From Mobula hypostoma (taxonomy: Eukaryota): DNA of 64,000 nt. Below, piece after piece: positions 62,094-64,000 of this stretch; the first letter of the stretch is position 1; every line of letters starts with the position of its first letter. The position numbers and the translations under genes are program-made. The stretch lies in assembly GCF_963921235.1 (NCBI RefSeq), contig NC_086097.1:63614001-63678000 (forward strand). The letters are read 5' to 3'. The notes under the pieces are model-generated. The model was not told the origin of the DNA. It did no database searches and saw only the letters and a list, made by a program, of their open reading frames with translations.

Positions 62094-62591
62094 TGTAGCC
62101 CCCTGGTAATCCTTAGGGTGGCTCCATTCGCTGTCGTCTAGGGAACAGCCCTCAGCCCCGCCAAACTGGGTAATTAAGTTTGTGTGGATGCTGTGTGATG
62201 TACCCCACCCCGCCAAATAACAGACAATACACCATATACGATTAAATGAATTACAGTTTATGGATATTACTGGAACTATATAATTAATAGAGATAAAATA
62301 TAAAAGGAAAATAAAAGGTGCCACACTTATCAAAGTTCAATCTCTTCATACACAAACAGCTGGAGCTCTAGTAACGATCCTTTCTTCGCCATTCGATCCC
62401 CTCTGACCACCTCGACCTGCCGCCTGGGACCACAAGAAAGAATAACATGGACACCCATTGGTTCAATGACTCTCTTATCAATAATATAACCCAAACAATC
62501 TACCAGCAAGAGAACTTTCTCAGCATTTAACAGAACAAAGAAGCCATTTTAATTAGCCTACACAGTAACATAAAAGAAGAAACCCCTTACA
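62094..62591. mobile_element. Solo LTR (498 bp) inserted in the ERV env 3' region
   Basis: TGTA...TACA termini, 4-bp TSD TAAG (62090-62093 and 62592-62595); related to 5904-6499. Confidence 0.85.
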
Positions 62592-63489
62592 TAAGGAAAT
62601 CATTAATACAGCAATTCAAACTCAGACAAGTGCACCTATTTACAAAGGTAATCTACCTAACTCTGATATAATCCTATGAATACCCTATGATGTTTCCATA
62701 TCTTGGGTGAACTTTTTAATTATTTTATACTTAACATAGGTACCACAAGTTTTTCTGCCTCTGAATTTTCAGATGTAATGATTCTAAATGTGTGATATAG
62801 AATCAAAGGGGTGAATGTTGGATCGGACTGTATAATTGTTATTTCACTTGCAGTTTAACTTTCTTATGATTATTTGTATTTTAAATCATATCCAATATAC
62901 ATATAATTTGTACTTTAGTGATTACAGTTGCCTTTGTACATTTTTGGAAACGTCCTAGTTTCAGTAGTGGGTATCACATTACTTGAATTGGGACTATCTT
63001 GTTGGTTAACTGTTATCCATGGAAATTCAATGGAATTAGTGGTCTATTATAAAAAGACCAGACCATCTTAGTTTGATCTTTTTGTTCTTCCTTTGCCACT
63101 AAGGTCTCTTCTTTTACTCTCTCCTCTCTTTCCATTCCCCTCATTTCTTTTGTTCTTGTAACACTTAATAAAAAAAGTTTTATGCCTCATTCTTGATTTC
63201 TAAAGAACCCTGGATTGCAAAAACATCAGGATCCAACACCCGTTTATTGTTATTCTGTTGACTCTCTGTAAACCAATCCTCAATCCAAGCCAGTATATTG
63301 CTTTCTCTTCTCTTGTTGTTGTTGTTTATATAATCTCTTGTGGCACCTGGTAGAGTCTTGCAAAAGGTCCAAATCTATCACAATCACTGTTCTGTCCTGA
63401 TCTATTCTGCTAGCTGTAACTCAAAAATTCTGACAGAATGATCAAATATGTTTTCCTTTCATAAGTCCATATTTTCCATGTTTCCCCCC

Positions 63490-63760
63490 AGGGGTAGGGA
63501 ATCAAAGGTTCAAGGCAATGTGTGAAAACTTCAAAAGGGACATGAGGGGAAACTTCTTCACACAGAGGCTGCCAGTGGAAGTGGTTCAGGCAAGTGCAAT
63601 CACATTTAAAAGGTATTTGGACAGGCACATAGATAGGAAGGGTTCAACGGGACTTGGGCCAAACACAGGCAAATGGGACTAGCTGAGATGGGTACCTTAG
63701 TCAGCACAGACAAGCTGGGCTGAATAACTTCTTTCCCTCCTTTATTATTCTATGACTTTT
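63490..63760 (+). mobile_element. Old CR1 3' fragment
   Basis: GAGGGGAAACTTCTTCACACAGAG...TTTAAAAGGTATTTGGACAGG...GCAAATGGGACTAGCT 3' UTR motifs. Confidence 0.7.
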
Positions 63761-64000
63761 CTTGTGTATTCTTTCTATCTAAAGTAAACCTTCCAATTTT
63801 AAAGTTATTGCCGATTTACTATCCTCTTTATCTTAAAGTGTTGTATTTTTCATGCATCTAAAATCCTGCAGTCCCATTCCAGATGCAGGAGTCACAATAC
63901 ACCATGGAGGGCCCTATCTGTATGGCAGAAAGAGACCAAGCATTTCAAAGATCTGAAATGCTATTTGGCAACTCTTTGTAAATGACTTTAGTTGATAAAC

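Larger units (their letters stand above)
54866..63238 (+). mobile_element. Decayed class I (gamma/epsilon-like) endogenous retrovirus: LTR, PBS, gag, pro, deleted RT, RNase H, IN, env remnants, LTR
   Basis: LTRs 54866-55236 and 62816-63238 (TGTT...AACA, AATAAA); PBS TGGCATAGTCAGCAGGAT at 55240-55257 (tRNA-Ser-like); PPT AAAGGGGTGAA; RNase H ANIYTVSRYAFGVVHDFG; IN HSLGH...CMIC and LVIVDKFSRWVE; TM-like NDTAGALEEITTEIVTMHKMVCQNQ near 61800-61885. Confidence 0.9.

Overview
Eukaryotic, repeat-saturated vertebrate DNA with no operons, rRNA, tRNA genes or CRISPR arrays. The mix of CR1, V-SINE, Penelope and Rex1/Babar elements points to a cartilaginous fish such as a ray or shark (inference). Most of the window is nested transposable elements: several CR1 LINE families, Rex1/Babar, RTE and L2/Crack-like LINEs, Penelope-like elements with hammerhead-ribozyme termini, SINEs, Chapaev3, Tc1 and Tigger-like DNA transposons, an internally deleted Helitron, solo LTRs, and a decayed class I endogenous retrovirus (54866-63238). 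The standout is a 2.1-kb Ty3/Gypsy LTR element (59477-61600) inserted in the ERV env region. Its RT, RNase H and integrase core are replaced by about 53 codons matching the C-terminal coiled coil of the host adaptor SH3KBP1/CIN85, in frame with the protease and the integrase tail. This looks like retroviral-style transduction of a cellular sequence. Only weak candidate host exons were seen (18355-18462, 21777-21825). All family assignments come from motif recognition by eye and need database confirmation.
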